A stretch of 59,520 bases of DNA, filler included. It is 8 parts of 8 records of this genome, joined end to end, with 100 filler letters (N's around TTAATTAATTAA, not from the genome) between each part and the next. Parts side by side here need not be neighbours in the genome. Positions count along the whole stretch, not along the records: positions 42,712 to 52,619 come from SRR31147125_75479; positions 52,720 to 59,520 come from SRR31147125_75622; 6 more parts are not named here. One strand, given 5' to 3'. Shown in pieces: positions 50,595 to 59,520 of the stretch. Numbering within the stretch: position 1 is the first letter of the stretch; each line of letters begins with the position of its first letter. The notes beneath the pieces were generated by a model. That model saw nothing but the letters and a program-made list of their open reading frames with translations. It was not told where the DNA came from and made no database searches. The position numbers and the translations under genes are program-made.

Positions 50595-52568
50595 ATGAAA
50601 TTTAGAATTGAGCAATGGACATGTTCAAAAAATGACCATCATGTAAAACAGATTTTTCGACCATTCCTATCGTTAGTGGCCATCTTAGCGTTCGTGGCTG
50701 TCACGGGGTGTAATTCAGACTCCGAGAACTTTGTCCTCACCCACCAGGGGCAGTTCATCGACGGTCCTGTCCGAGGCCTTGATTACCTCTCCGGGGGTCA
50801 GAGCGGTATGACGGATGAAGACGGCATGTTCACATTCGAACGGGGTAATGAAATCACATTCAGGCTTGGAAGTATTCAGATCGGTGAGACGGTTCCTGTG
50901 GTCACCGGACTGGATGAGGGGGAGAACATTCCTGACATCTGGACATTTACCCCGCGTCAGCTGGTACCCGATGCCGAAAGCAACAGAGACCTCACCGTCA
51001 CAAATATTCTTCGTTTCCTGAGCACTCTGGATAATGACTATGACTATTATGACGGCGTGGACAACGCAGATAATGGAATCTTCATTACCGATGCCGTAAG
51101 GAACAATGCCGCATCCATGAATCTCGGTCTCGATTTTACGCAGGATCAAACTGCATTCGAAACAGCGGCGGAAGAAGTCATTCGCTCTCTTACCGGTGAA
51201 TATCGACAGTTGATTCCGGTTCTGACGGCGCAGCATCACTTCATGACACAACTTCTGAAAGAAAAGGTTGATGTCGCGCTCAACAAATACAACGCACCCG
51301 GGGTCACCCTATCGTTGGAATCTCCATGTCCTTGTGACATTTTCGATACGGAATGTATTGAAAGCGGTGAGATTTCCGGATACGTCCGGTACGATTCAGA
51401 AGCCCACGCCTACATCTGGGATTTTGTCGGCGGCTATGCAGATGTTGAAGCGCAACGCCTCATGACCATCGACACACGCTTCAGAATTCACAGTATCACC
51501 AAATCCGTCGTTGCCATGACACTCTTGAAACTGGTTGAAGAAGGACTTCTGGATTACAACGATCTGGTTCAGGATCATCTGCCGGAGCCGTTAAAAACAA
51601 CCTTTCTTGAAATGTTTGATGTACCATATCCGGAAATTCCCCAGCTTCCCACCTATGCCAATGCCATGACCATTGCAAATGTCATGAATCACTCTGCAGG
51701 TCTCGTCAATTTTTATCACATTCCGTCGGATTGGTTTCTGGACCTTCTGTTCGAACCGAAAAAACAGTGGGACTTGATGTCTCTGGTAGAAGAAGAAGTT
51801 GCCAAAGGACCGGCTTTTTATCCTGAACAAGGTTGGGGGTACTCCAATACCGGTTACGCCCTTTTGGGTCTTGTGATTGAAGAGGTAACAGGTCAGCCGT
51901 GGGAAGATGTTGTGAAAGAAAAAATTTTGGATCCCTATGGTCTATCGAATGCTTTTGTTCCCCTTACCGGGGAGGCCCATATCTTAGGCAAATACAATGA
52001 AGAGAGCGGAGAATATTCGTATCAAAACGATCCCGCACCGACGAATGATTATGCTTACGGATATCTAAATCTTTGGGGAGTAACCGGCGGAATTTATGGA
52101 GAAGAAGAAGATCCCATGGAGAAACGGGATGTGCAGGAGCCCTCCTTCATGGCCTCTTCCGGAAACATGATCGGAACGACCCCTTTTCTACGTCAATGGA
52201 TCAAATTGATTGCCAACGTAGGCACGGAAGATGGGCTTTTTGGTGCGGATTTTGATTGGCTTCACAATTCCGAGCACTACAACACCTTGTTTTTCAACCT
52301 CTATGACTACCTGTCAGTGGGTGCCAATGTCTATCACAACACGACGAATCAATGGTACATCATCTCAGGAAATTCAACCGGATATGATGTTAACTGCACC
52401 TATGATATTGTCAACCAAGTTGCCGCAGCCGGAAGTGCCAACAGAACGTTCGACTCTACGGCTGTTACCGAAACCTCCGGTACCGACATCTGGGACGTTG
52501 GCACCTACGAATCATTGCAGATCAAGGATGTTCTTGTTTTTGACGCCCTGGATGTGCTGACCCGATAA
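50595..52568 (+). CDS. Lipoprotein with beta-lactamase/PBP-type serine hydrolase domain
   Basis: AGGAGG RBS; lipobox VTGC; N-terminal GQFIDGPV.GL.Y domain; FRIHSITK (SxxK), NHSAGL and YSNTGY (YxN). Confidence 0.85.
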   Translation: MKFRIEQWTCSKNDHHVKQIFRPFLSLVAILAFVAVTGCNSDSENFVLTHQGQFIDGPVRGLDYLSGGQSGMTDEDGMFTFERGNEITFRLGSIQIGETVPVVTGLDEGENIPDIWTFTPRQLVPDAESNRDLTVTNILRFLSTLDNDYDYYDGVDNADNGIFITDAVRNNAASMNLGLDFTQDQTAFETAAEEVIRSLTGEYRQLIPVLTAQHHFMTQLLKEKVDVALNKYNAPGVTLSLESPCPCDIFDTECIESGEISGYVRYDSEAHAYIWDFVGGYADVEAQRLMTIDTRFRIHSITKSVVAMTLLKLVEEGLLDYNDLVQDHLPEPLKTTFLEMFDVPYPEIPQLPTYANAMTIANVMNHSAGLVNFYHIPSDWFLDLLFEPKKQWDLMSLVEEEVAKGPAFYPEQGWGYSNTGYALLGLVIEEVTGQPWEDVVKEKILDPYGLSNAFVPLTGEAHILGKYNEESGEYSYQNDPAPTNDYAYGYLNLWGVTGGIYGEEEDPMEKRDVQEPSFMASSGNMIGTTPFLRQWIKLIANVGTEDGLFGADFDWLHNSEHYNTLFFNLYDYLSVGANVYHNTTNQWYIISGNSTGYDVNCTYDIVNQVAAAGSANRTFDSTAVTETSGTDIWDVGTYESLQIKDVLVFDALDVLTR

Positions 52569-52619
52569 TGTTAACAAAGGACTCCATCTTTATAAGTACC
52601 TGGACACAAGTTGTCTGGT

Positions 52620-52719
52620 NNNNNNNNNNNNNNNNNNNNNNNNNNNNNNNNNNNNNNNNNNNNTTAATTAATTAANNNNNNNNNNNNNNNNNNNNNNNNN
52701 NNNNNNNNNNNNNNNNNNN
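52620..52719. other. Artificial contig linker
   Basis: N44-TTAATTAATTAA-N44. Confidence 0.99.
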
Positions 52720-52720
52720 T

Positions 52721-53290
52721 TCCATCACCCGGTTTGCCATGTCGTCCAGAGATGTCGGGTTGGCCGCGGGGGAGCCGCCCACCACCCGGGGATATACCCC
52801 GTCCTTTTTTGTTCAGATTCCCATCTTGCTGGAGCGGGCCGGTTGCCTTGAGCGCGGCGGTTCCATTACCGGCATATACACGGTTCTGGTTGAAGGAGAC
52901 GATCTCAACGATCCTGTGGGGGATACGGTCCGGTCTATTGTGGATGGTCATATCGTGCTGTCCAGGGATCTTGCCACCCGGGGGCATTATCCGGCCATAG
53001 ATGTTATGGCATCGGTCTCCAGGGTAATGCGGGATGTCAGTTCTCCGGAACATATGGAACTTCGGGATGAGGCCGTGAACATTATGGCAGCCTATAAAAA
53101 TGCCGAAGATATGATTACCATTGGTGCCTATGTGGATGGGTCAGATGCCAACGTGGACCGGGCCAAAAAATTTATGCCCAGGATCAATAAGGTTCTGCGG
53201 CAGCAGATTAAAGAGAAAAAGAATTTTCCCACCAGTGTGGCCAGTCTTAAAGAGGCCTTGACCATACGCAAAGGCGGGGGTAAATCATGA
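52721..53290 (+). CDS. fliI: Flagellar export ATPase, 5'-truncated
   Basis: SITRFAM..R.VGLAAGEPPTTRGY, GSITG.YTVLVEGDD and DGHIVLSR motifs. Confidence 0.95.
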   Translation, partial: SITRFAMSSRDVGLAAGEPPTTRGYTPSFFVQIPILLERAGCLERGGSITGIYTVLVEGDDLNDPVGDTVRSIVDGHIVLSRDLATRGHYPAIDVMASVSRVMRDVSSPEHMELRDEAVNIMAAYKNAEDMITIGAYVDGSDANVDRAKKFMPRINKVLRQQIKEKKNFPTSVASLKEALTIRKGGGKS

Positions 53291-53742
53291 AGCGGTTCAA
53301 ATTCCGTCTCCAGGCCCTGCTCAACTATAAAGCGCATTTAGAGGAGATGGCCCGCCAGGAAATGGCCAAGGCCGTTGCCCGGGTCAATGAGTGCGAAGAG
53401 CGGATTCAGGCCATTATCAAGGAGTTAAGGGATGTGGGTACCAGCCTTGAAAAACGGATTGAAAAAGGGATCGGGTCCGGTGAATTCAAGCGGTATCATG
53501 AATTTATCGCTGTGATGGAGCAGACGCTTGTGAAACAGAGGCAGGCCAAGCAGCGTCTTGAAAAGGAGCTTGCAAAAAAACGGTCCATGCTGGCCAAGCG
53601 GACCATTGAAAAACGGGCCATGGAGCGGTTGCGCGAGAAGCGGGCTGATGAGCATCTCAAACAGATGCTCAAAGAGGAGCAAAAGGTGATGGATGAAGTC
53701 GCCTCCTTAAAGCGGGTAAGGGAGCTTGCAAATGATATCTGA
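53287..53742 (+). CDS. fliJ: Flagellar export protein FliJ
   Basis: MKRFKFRLQ.LL, coiled coil, and EQK.MDE; follows fliI. Confidence 0.9.
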   Translation: MKRFKFRLQALLNYKAHLEEMARQEMAKAVARVNECEERIQAIIKELRDVGTSLEKRIEKGIGSGEFKRYHEFIAVMEQTLVKQRQAKQRLEKELAKKRSMLAKRTIEKRAMERLREKRADEHLKQMLKEEQKVMDEVASLKRVRELANDI

Positions 53743-54380
53743 TAGAAAAATAATCTTGATTCTGGCCCTGGGCTTTCTGGTTTTAGGATCCCTTGTCCTT
53801 CCTTTTCAATGGGGGGGGATCCATGGTCCTGCCATGGTCTTTGCCGAAGATACCCAAAAGCCTGAAGGGGCTGACACGGGGGACCAAGAGGACGGCGATG
53901 CCGAGAATGGCCAGCCCCAGGAGCAGCCCTGTCCTGAATGCCCTGATTGTCCGGACCCGGCAAAGGTTGTGCTCCGGGGGCTGGAGGAGAAAAAACAGGC
54001 CATTGACGCGGACCAAAAGACCTTGAACCAGCAGAAAAAAGAGTTGGAACTTTATGAGGCCCAGATTGATGAAAAATTGGCGGAGCTGGCTGCCGTTAAA
54101 AATCAGATCAAAGAGGATATGGCCAGGTTGACTGAGGAAAAAACCCAGCAGGAAATAGATGCGGAAAATGCCTATGAAGCCAAAATGAATCGGCTGGTTA
54201 AGATGTATGCCGGGATGAAACCCAAAAACGCCGCCCAGATCGTAGACCAGATGGAGTTGGAAGTGGCCCAGGAAATCTTTTTTGAGAATGCGGGAGGCCT
54301 CGGCATCCCAGATCCTCTCCTTTGTTGATTCGGCCAAAGCGGCAAAAATAAGTGAAAGGCTGGCCTACCGGAAAAAATAA
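53732..54380 (+). CDS. MotE/FlbB-like (MgtE_N domain) flagellar protein, 1-nt insertion at T6 54278-54283
   Basis: TM leader, coiled coil and LVKMYAGMKPKNAAQI, which joins in the +1 frame to LRMREASASQILSFVDSAKAAKISERL. Confidence 0.82.
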
Positions 54381-54590
54381 ACCCCAGACACGGTCCTCCC
54401 GGGATGAATACGCATCAGGTGCTTTGATAAAAGTGCCTGATGCGTTTTTTATTGGACCGGTAATATTTTCCCTTTAAAGGGGGGGAAGGGGAAATATGTT
54501 CCTGGAAAAAATAGAGTTTTGTTTGGTAATAGGAAGGGCGAATTAATGTAACTATTTGAATTTTTAGTATATTTTTCTTTATATTTTCGG

Positions 54591-54606
54591 TGGCATGATC
54601 ATTGCT
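54591..54606 (+). promoter_or_regulatory. Sigma-54 promoter of fliK-flgD-flgE
   Basis: TGGCAT-GATCA-TTGCT (GG-N10-GC), preceded by an AT-rich tract. Confidence 0.8.
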
Positions 54607-54645
54607 CAATATAAGTGCCAGACAATCCTATAAACAGGTGACCAA

Positions 54646-56385
54646 ATGAATGCAAATTTTGTCAACATTGCCACAAACGTAAGCAATATGGCCCAGAACG
54701 CTATCAGTGTTTCCGACGCCGGGGGATCTGCCGGACAGATGGGAAGCCACAGGGCTTTTGAGGACCGGTTTCAAAGTGAAATCAACCGCCTTGGTTCTTC
54801 TGAGACTCTGGAAACCGGAGCGGTTTCGGCCATTCGGATCAAGGCCGAGGCCCAGCGTATTGCATCAAAAGTTTCCGGCACCACTGAAACCATTGAAAAT
54901 ACGGTTGGTGCTGAGTTTGTGGATAAACTCAAGCAGTCCCTGCTTGAGATTGCCGGTGGGGATCTTGAGAATTTGACCATGGATGCCCAGGGCCTGGACT
55001 CATTGGAAAAATTGCTATTAAAGGCCGGATTTGATGCCGATCAGGTCAGCGAGGTCATTGGCGAACTTGAGGAAACTTCAGAGACCGAGGCATTGACCAT
55101 GGATGAGGTCTTTGCAGCCCTTTCCGACCTGGGGGGTGACCTGGAGGTTGAAGTGGATGAAAAGGCTGATACAGAAGTGGCATACCTTGAAACCTCGGCT
55201 CTCCCCTTTGTTAAAAGAATGCTTAGCGACATGGGTGTCAGCAGTGAGGACATCGCTTCGGTCATGGATGAGGCTGACGGGGGAGGGCAGGGACTCAAGC
55301 TCGATTCGCTTATAGGAAGTCTTGAAAGCCTGTCAAGCAGTGCGAAAACCCCTTTGTCGGTTGAAGATACCGACGACAGTTTTAAAATGACCATGGCCAG
55401 ACTCAACCTTCCTGTTCAAACGGACTCCCAGGAAATGGTGACAATGGATGATTTAATCCAGGCATTTGAGGATTACAAGGTCCAGCAGGAGGCTGTTCTG
55501 AGCACCGGTGAAAGCACGACAGACGCTGTTTCTCTTCTGGCAGCTCAGGCCGATGCAGAATCCGTTGAGAGCCTTGTGACGTCATTGTTTCAATCCATAT
55601 CTCTGGCCTCTGAAATTGAGTCCTCTTCCTTTTCATACCGGCAAGTCAAAGACCAGTTCGTCAATGATTTGATGATTCCGGGTCAGGACGGGGCAGAACA
55701 AAAGTCACTTTTTGCGGTACAAGATCCCCAGATGGATAAGGCCGTGAAAGAGCTTACCTCCCTGTTTGTAGGAAATGACAAGGCCGGGACCCAGCTGCTG
55801 GAACAGGAGCAGAGCATGACGGCTTTGGGAAAAGAGGTGAAAACCGAGCTTACAAAAACCGAGTCGGTAGTCCAGACCAACACCACTACCGTAAATGACC
55901 TGGAGGCATTCGCCAATGACTCCAAGGCAAGATCCACACCGCGGACATTGCCGGCCTATGTGACCAATCAGGTCGGGCGGGGCATTGTTCGGGCGGTCAA
56001 TCAGGGGGACACCAGTCTGACCCTTCAGGTCAAACCCCCGGAGCTTGGGCGCCTGACCCTGACCATTGACCACCAGAGCACGGGGATTAAAGTCAATATT
56101 GTAACGGAAAACCAAGCCGCCCGGGATATTCTGGCCTCCAATGTCAATGAACTGAAAGCCGCATTGGGTAATGCAGGCATCAGCTTGGACAGCTTTGAGG
56201 TGGATATGAGTTCTGATTTTAAACAATCCATGGCCAATACAGGCAACCAATCCGGGCAGTCCGGCGGCAAGAACGGCAACCGCCAGGGCAATGAATTCAA
56301 GGGCTCGGGAGAAGAGGCCATTGATGACATTGCCGTCTCAGCAGAAGACTTAGTCTCTGACAGTTCATACCATTTTGTGGCGTAA
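54646..56385 (+). CDS. fliK: Flagellar hook-length control protein
   Basis: Acidic N-terminal region; C-terminal LQVKPPELGRL...LK.ALG..GI.LD.FEV domain. Confidence 0.92.
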   Translation: MNANFVNIATNVSNMAQNAISVSDAGGSAGQMGSHRAFEDRFQSEINRLGSSETLETGAVSAIRIKAEAQRIASKVSGTTETIENTVGAEFVDKLKQSLLEIAGGDLENLTMDAQGLDSLEKLLLKAGFDADQVSEVIGELEETSETEALTMDEVFAALSDLGGDLEVEVDEKADTEVAYLETSALPFVKRMLSDMGVSSEDIASVMDEADGGGQGLKLDSLIGSLESLSSSAKTPLSVEDTDDSFKMTMARLNLPVQTDSQEMVTMDDLIQAFEDYKVQQEAVLSTGESTTDAVSLLAAQADAESVESLVTSLFQSISLASEIESSSFSYRQVKDQFVNDLMIPGQDGAEQKSLFAVQDPQMDKAVKELTSLFVGNDKAGTQLLEQEQSMTALGKEVKTELTKTESVVQTNTTTVNDLEAFANDSKARSTPRTLPAYVTNQVGRGIVRAVNQGDTSLTLQVKPPELGRLTLTIDHQSTGIKVNIVTENQAARDILASNVNELKAALGNAGISLDSFEVDMSSDFKQSMANTGNQSGQSGGKNGNRQGNEFKGSGEEAIDDIAVSAEDLVSDSSYHFVA

Positions 56386-56397
56386 AGGAGGACAGCC

Positions 56398-57504
56398 ATG
56401 ACCTTATCATCGGGAAGCGCATCATTGGACAGCATCTCCTCTTCATATCAGTCTATGGATAGCAGTGTGGAGGAGAGTGACGATTATCTGGGCCGTGATA
56501 CCTTTTTAACCATGCTGGTGGCCCAGCTTGAGAATCAGGACCCTTTAAATCCAATGGAGGGAACGGATTTTAGTTCTCAACTGGCAGAGTTTTCCAGTCT
56601 GGAACAGCTCATGAATCTCAACGAGACCATGGCGGATCTTGCCCAGACCTTTATTGACAGCTCTGAAACCGATCTGATGTCCTATGTGGGCAGCCAGGTG
56701 ACAGGTTCCCTGGATACCATGGAAGTGGCCAGCGGAGAGGTGTCCGGCGGGTATTTCAACCTTTCCGGTGCTGCCGATGTCATCGTTCAGATTGTGGACA
56801 GTTCCGGGATCAACGTTAAAAGCATTAATATGGGCACCATGGCCCAAGGGTCCCATCTGATTTCATGGGACGGTACAGATAACAACGGAGAGGCCGTGGA
56901 TGACGGAACCTACACATATGCTGTGCTGGCCAACACCGGCAGCGGCTATACCCAGATTGACAATTCCGTGACCGGGACGGCAGAAGGGGTGGTCTACAGA
57001 AACGACAAAGGCTACCTGGTGGTCCAGGGTCTTCTGGTGGACCCGGACAATCTGAGTTCTGTTCTGGATGTCAGTGAGGATGAGACGGATGTGGACTCTG
57101 CCATGGATTATCTCGGCAAGACTGTGGAGTCCGACGAACCCATTCTCCGGGTGGATGACGGGGTGGTTTCAGGATCGGAGTTGAGCTTTGACCTTGAAAA
57201 TACCCAGGCTGTTACGGTCAATATCTATGACCCGTTTAACAATTTGATCAGAGCCATTGAGATGGATGCTTCCGAGACCAGTGGCGGCGAGAATTCAGTG
57301 TATTGGGATGCCTTGGGCGATGACGGATACCAGGTGGATGACGGCCTTTACTATTATACCGTTCAAACCGAGTCCGGAACCGCTGCCACCCCGGTTGAAG
57401 AAGAGGTGGCCGGCATTCGGAACATCAACGGGGTCAAGTATCTGGAACTTGCAGATTCCGGCCGTCTGGTTTCCATTTCATCCATTACCGCCGTGGGCAA
57501 TTAA
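56398..57504 (+). CDS. flgD: Flagellar hook-capping protein with duplicated Ig-like domain
   Basis: FLTMLVAQLENQDPLNPM...QLAEFSSLEQL; two WD..D.G..VDDG.Y.Y repeats. Confidence 0.93.
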   Translation: MTLSSGSASLDSISSSYQSMDSSVEESDDYLGRDTFLTMLVAQLENQDPLNPMEGTDFSSQLAEFSSLEQLMNLNETMADLAQTFIDSSETDLMSYVGSQVTGSLDTMEVASGEVSGGYFNLSGAADVIVQIVDSSGINVKSINMGTMAQGSHLISWDGTDNNGEAVDDGTYTYAVLANTGSGYTQIDNSVTGTAEGVVYRNDKGYLVVQGLLVDPDNLSSVLDVSEDETDVDSAMDYLGKTVESDEPILRVDDGVVSGSELSFDLENTQAVTVNIYDPFNNLIRAIEMDASETSGGENSVYWDALGDDGYQVDDGLYYYTVQTESGTAATPVEEEVAGIRNINGVKYLELADSGRLVSISSITAVGN

Positions 57505-57521
57505 GTACAGGAGAAGGATCT

Positions 57522-59520
57522 ATGTCATTATCAAGTTCATTATTTACAGGGACCAGCGGTCTTAAAAATATGGGTAACGCCCTTCAGGTGACCGGTAACA
57601 ATATTTCCAACCTGAATACTGTAGGTTTTAAAAAAGGGCGCTCCACCTTTGCCGATACCCTGTATGAAGACGTGGCAACCCTCGGGGGAACCGGTCAGAT
57701 CGGACGGGGCATGACCATTGGTGATGTGGCCCAGAATTTTAACCAGGGTTCCTTTGAGTCCACCGGAAATACAACGGATATGTCCATCGGCGGCGACGGT
57801 TTTTTTATTGTCCGTCAGGATGACAGTGAAAATATGTATTATACCCGGGCGGGGAATTTTTACTTTAACAAGGACGGTGAGCTGGTCAACTCTGAAGGAT
57901 ATGTTGTCCAGGGATGGGAGTTGGATGAAGAAACCGGAGACGATGTGGGCGCCATTGGGGATATCATTCTCCAGGCCTTTACCAGCTCCCCCGAAGCCAC
58001 GGATACCATTACGGTTATTACCAATCTGGATGCCGATTCCACAAGCAACTCCACGGTGTTGTCCAACAATTGGGACAGCAGCGATGATGATTATATCTCC
58101 ACAAACAGCTATGAATACCAGACCGTGATCCAGGCCTATGACGCCCTGGGAAGCACCCATGACATCACCATCTACTATGATAAGAAATCCGGTACGGAAT
58201 GGGAATACATCGTGACCTGCAATCCTTCCGAGGATATGCGAACCGGGGTGGAGGGAACCGACTCCACAGGGCTTTTGGCCAGGGGAACCATTTCCTTTAG
58301 CCAGAGTTCCGGGGATATCCAGGATCTGAGCATGAGCGTGCTCTCCGGTCGGCTGAGCAATTGGACGGCCAACGGGGTGAACACAGTGGATGATATCAAC
58401 TACGAAATTTTGGACTCCGATGAGTTGGGGTCTGACGGATACGGATTTTCTTTTGAGTTTGACGGGTCCTCATGGAATTTTGTGGATGAGGACAACGACG
58501 GCATTATTGCTACCGATGAAAAACCGGACAATTATCCCAACGCCACCATTGTCTACTCCGACGATCAGACCGTTGAAATTGTCCTGAATCAGACCGATGC
58601 CACAGATACGGATGCGGATCTGATCATCACCTTTGACCAGGCAGCAGTCGCCCTAGATTCTTTCGGGTTTGACATCAATGCCCCTACAGATCTCCATGTC
58701 CAGAGCATCGACAACACCCGGTATTTTGGGGACACGGCCAATGATAACACCACCCTTTCAATCAACGATCCTTCGGTATTGACCAGCGATGCCTCCGGCC
58801 TGGGCATTATCTGGAACCCCAACGTGGGCGGCACCGGAGACTGGTATTGGAGCAATCCTGAAATTGCCAACTCTGCAGGCACCCTGGTCTCGGGTACAAC
58901 CCTGACCAACAGCACCGGCGGTACGATCACCACCACCACTGCGACAACCGTGGTGACCAATGCCGAGGACCTGTCCATGGTGGCCTCAGGGGTGACTTTC
59001 AGGTATGACGGCTCCCAATGGGATTGGAACGACTCTCTGAAGGCAGATGATTTTGATAGCACCTATACCTTTTTGCCCACCAATGACCCGGCCATGAGTG
59101 TGTTGTCCTCAGGCAGCGAAGGGGCCATTGCCACCAACACGGCATTGACCACACCCACCGTGTACTGGCTTGGAGACGAATGGTCATTAACTACGGCGGC
59201 TGCGGCCACGACATCCGGGGCTGTGGGCAATACCTCCATTGTCATTAACACCTCCTCCAGCAGCAGCACAGGCCTTGTGTTTGATATGTGGAGCAATGAT
59301 TCTGCCGGGGCATCCACCATTCAGTACAGCTTTGGGTCGGCTTTAACTACAGCGGCAGGTCAGTCCCTTGAGTTCCTCATAGATCCGTCTCCGCCCCAGG
59401 AGTATGGGGATGCCACCATTACCTATACCACCTCGGGGTCCCAGTCCTTTTACATTGATTTTGACGGCGACAATACCCTGGATTTAACGGTCAACCCCAC
59501 GGCAGGCGGGGCCGCAACTG
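57522..59520 (+). CDS. flgE: Flagellar hook protein, very long, 3'-truncated (not in ORF track)
   Basis: MSLSSSLFTGTSGL...GNNISNLNTVGFK, TGNTTDMSIGGDGFF, YYTRAGNF, VQGW and YDALGSTH. The end of the window is still in the same frame, 666 codons on. Confidence 0.93.
   Translation, partial: MSLSSSLFTGTSGLKNMGNALQVTGNNISNLNTVGFKKGRSTFADTLYEDVATLGGTGQIGRGMTIGDVAQNFNQGSFESTGNTTDMSIGGDGFFIVRQDDSENMYYTRAGNFYFNKDGELVNSEGYVVQGWELDEETGDDVGAIGDIILQAFTSSPEATDTITVITNLDADSTSNSTVLSNNWDSSDDDYISTNSYEYQTVIQAYDALGSTHDITIYYDKKSGTEWEYIVTCNPSEDMRTGVEGTDSTGLLARGTISFSQSSGDIQDLSMSVLSGRLSNWTANGVNTVDDINYEILDSDELGSDGYGFSFEFDGSSWNFVDEDNDGIIATDEKPDNYPNATIVYSDDQTVEIVLNQTDATDTDADLIITFDQAAVALDSFGFDINAPTDLHVQSIDNTRYFGDTANDNTTLSINDPSVLTSDASGLGIIWNPNVGGTGDWYWSNPEIANSAGTLVSGTTLTNSTGGTITTTTATTVVTNAEDLSMVASGVTFRYDGSQWDWNDSLKADDFDSTYTFLPTNDPAMSVLSSGSEGAIATNTALTTPTVYWLGDEWSLTTAAAATTSGAVGNTSIVINTSSSSSTGLVFDMWSNDSAGASTIQYSFGSALTTAAGQSLEFLIDPSPPQEYGDATITYTTSGSQSFYIDFDGDNTLDLTVNPTAGGAAT

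Noticed and set aside
52591-52619. TATAAGTACCTGGACAC at the contig end as an IS/MITE terminal repeat
   Set aside because: Plausible cause of the assembly break, but no partner IR or transposase is visible.

Overview
This window is not one locus. It is eight unrelated contigs joined by identical 100-nt linkers (N44-TTAATTAATTAA-N44), so no gene context holds across a linker. Taxon labels below are inferred from protein similarity and gene order. (A) 1-6336, probably Clostridia: M15 peptidase, a cytoplasmic two-subunit molybdoenzyme, aguA-aguB and a HigA/ImmA fusion. (B) 6437-13483, Clostridia: dnaE, mtrB (TRAP), small enzymes and pyrR with its attenuator. (C) 13584-18913, AT-rich Firmicutes prophage-like region: a portal gene preceded by a toxin-antitoxin-SecB-chaperone (TAC) operon whose toxin is hidden by a frameshift, an RxxxxH (HEPN-like) gene and a Fic gene, all interspersed with palindromic elements. 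(D) 19014-25982, Mu-like head and tail genes, including a MuF-PBECR2 nuclease fusion followed by a compact structured intergenic element. (E) 26083-36987, Bacteroidota: nhaA, an SPFH/Arc operon, an exported amino-sugar catabolic cluster and pfp. (F) 37088-42611, Clostridia: regulators, manA, pgm and pduL. (G) 42712-52619: an adenylating enzyme, a C-T-C-A-T-E NRPS and a lipoprotein serine hydrolase. (H) 52720-59520, deltaproteobacterial-type flagellar genes fliI-fliJ-motE-fliK-flgD and a giant flgE. At least eight genes are broken by short indels, mostly single bases in homopolymers, most likely sequencing errors. The best candidates for new biology are the prophage TAC/HEPN/Fic cargo island in C, the MuF-PBECR2 gene plus its downstream structured RNA in D, and the A-less NRPS module with an exported serine hydrolase in G.
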